This document shows, one piece after another, positions 63,153 through 64,000 of a stretch of 64,000 bases of DNA. Under the pieces are notes generated by a model, which saw nothing but the letters and a program-made list of their open reading frames with translations, was not told where the DNA came from and searched no databases. Location of the stretch: positions 69,628,001-69,692,000 of the forward strand of contig CM052816.1 in NCBI GenBank assembly GCA_028534125.1, given 5' to 3'. A program made the translations under genes and the position numbers. Positions within the stretch are counted from its first letter, which is position 1. The number at the start of each line of letters is the position of its first letter. This stretch comes from Lama glama. Its lineage: Eukaryota.

Positions 63153-64000
63153 ATTCATAAACTTGAAAAATGTAAAGCTTTCAAGTTGCCATCTTATTCC
63201 ACTCAGTGAAAAGAGAGCATCTTCACTGCTCCTGCATAACATTTAAAGGGCATGGTGCTTCTGCAGCACTCAGCTGCTCTAATGAATGAAATTCTCAGGA
63301 GTTTTTTTTACTCCCTGTTTGATATTTATATTTTATAAATTTTGCACTATTTTGAACATGAATATTTATTTGAAAGTATTATTTAAATACTTGCTTTTAA
63401 CATGTTTCCACTGTTGTTTCAGGTGAAGTGAAGGAATCAAAAACTTCAGGCCTCTTTTTTTTGAGGGGCTGGTTGCTGAGGACATGATTGAAGCAAAAAT
63501 GATTTTATAGCCATGCCTAAATGCCTACTTAAAGAATCACTGATAGGCTGAAATTGTCCACCTCCAAAGGCAGATTTGAAGAATCATACATAAAAATGAA
63601 AAGCTTGATTAAGTAACATGAGTTCAGTGCCCTCTGTACCAGGTGCTGGGTACACAGCAGGGTGCAGAGCGCTGCTGGGTGCACAGGGCACCGCTAAGTG
63701 ACTTCTGTGCTTAGCGATGATGGCTTTGTTTCTTTTCTTTTCTCCCTTACGCTGTCTACCTCAACCTCATCTCTGTGAAATATTTAAACACTTTTAATCT
63801 TCAGGAATATTTTTGTAGAGAGTACCTAAACCTGTCTCAACTGTAGAGTTCCTATGTCCTCTATTTTATTAAAAATAATGACACCTTCCTGGATGTATTC
63901 GGTGATTCCAAGACACCTAATACAGGACCTTGCTCATAGAAGGTTGTTTCTTAAGAGATTAAAAAAGTATACATTTTAACATTGATTTTATTTGAATTTT

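Larger units (their letters stand above)
34690..64000 (+). other. ARL15: ARL15 intron downstream of the exon (5' part only)
   Basis: Starts with GTATGT. The terminal exon peptide (IKKYFELEPL...) is not seen in the window. Confidence 0.88.

Noticed and set aside
1..64000. CRISPR array, operon, defence island or other novel multi-gene system
   Set aside because: No regularly spaced repeats, no gene-dense coding sequence and no prokaryotic or viral genes are present. The window is explained by one spliced exon plus mammalian intron.
34690..64000. Intronic miRNA known from human ARL15 (miR-581)
   Set aside because: I could not see its hairpin sequence here. As I recall, it lies much further into the downstream intron.

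Overview
This is mammalian (almost certainly camelid) genomic DNA from inside the ARL15 gene, transcribed on the + strand. The only supportable coding sequence is one 209-bp internal exon at 34481-34689 (ARL15 residues ~85-154, equivalent to human exon 4), with canonical AG/GT splice sites. The other ~63.8 kb is AT-rich, CpG-depleted intron. It holds four camelid-type tRNA-derived SINE insertions with readable target-site duplications, a short young L1 3' end, and many ancient eutherian repeats (L1M, L2, MIR, L3/CR1, MLT1, LTR16, MER47/Tigger, Charlie1, MER63, MER5). All other ORFs in the track look spurious. I found no evidence of a novel multi-gene system, CRISPR array or intact RNA gene. 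The most notable signals are a fossil RTE-X-like reverse transcriptase that still reads as protein (42446-42904), a 51-bp locally templated duplication across an LTR junction, two perfect inverted repeats, a dimeric SINE under one TSD, and several candidate enhancer-like patches. Repeat family names come from recalled consensus sequences, not from alignments, and the boundaries of old repeats are approximate.
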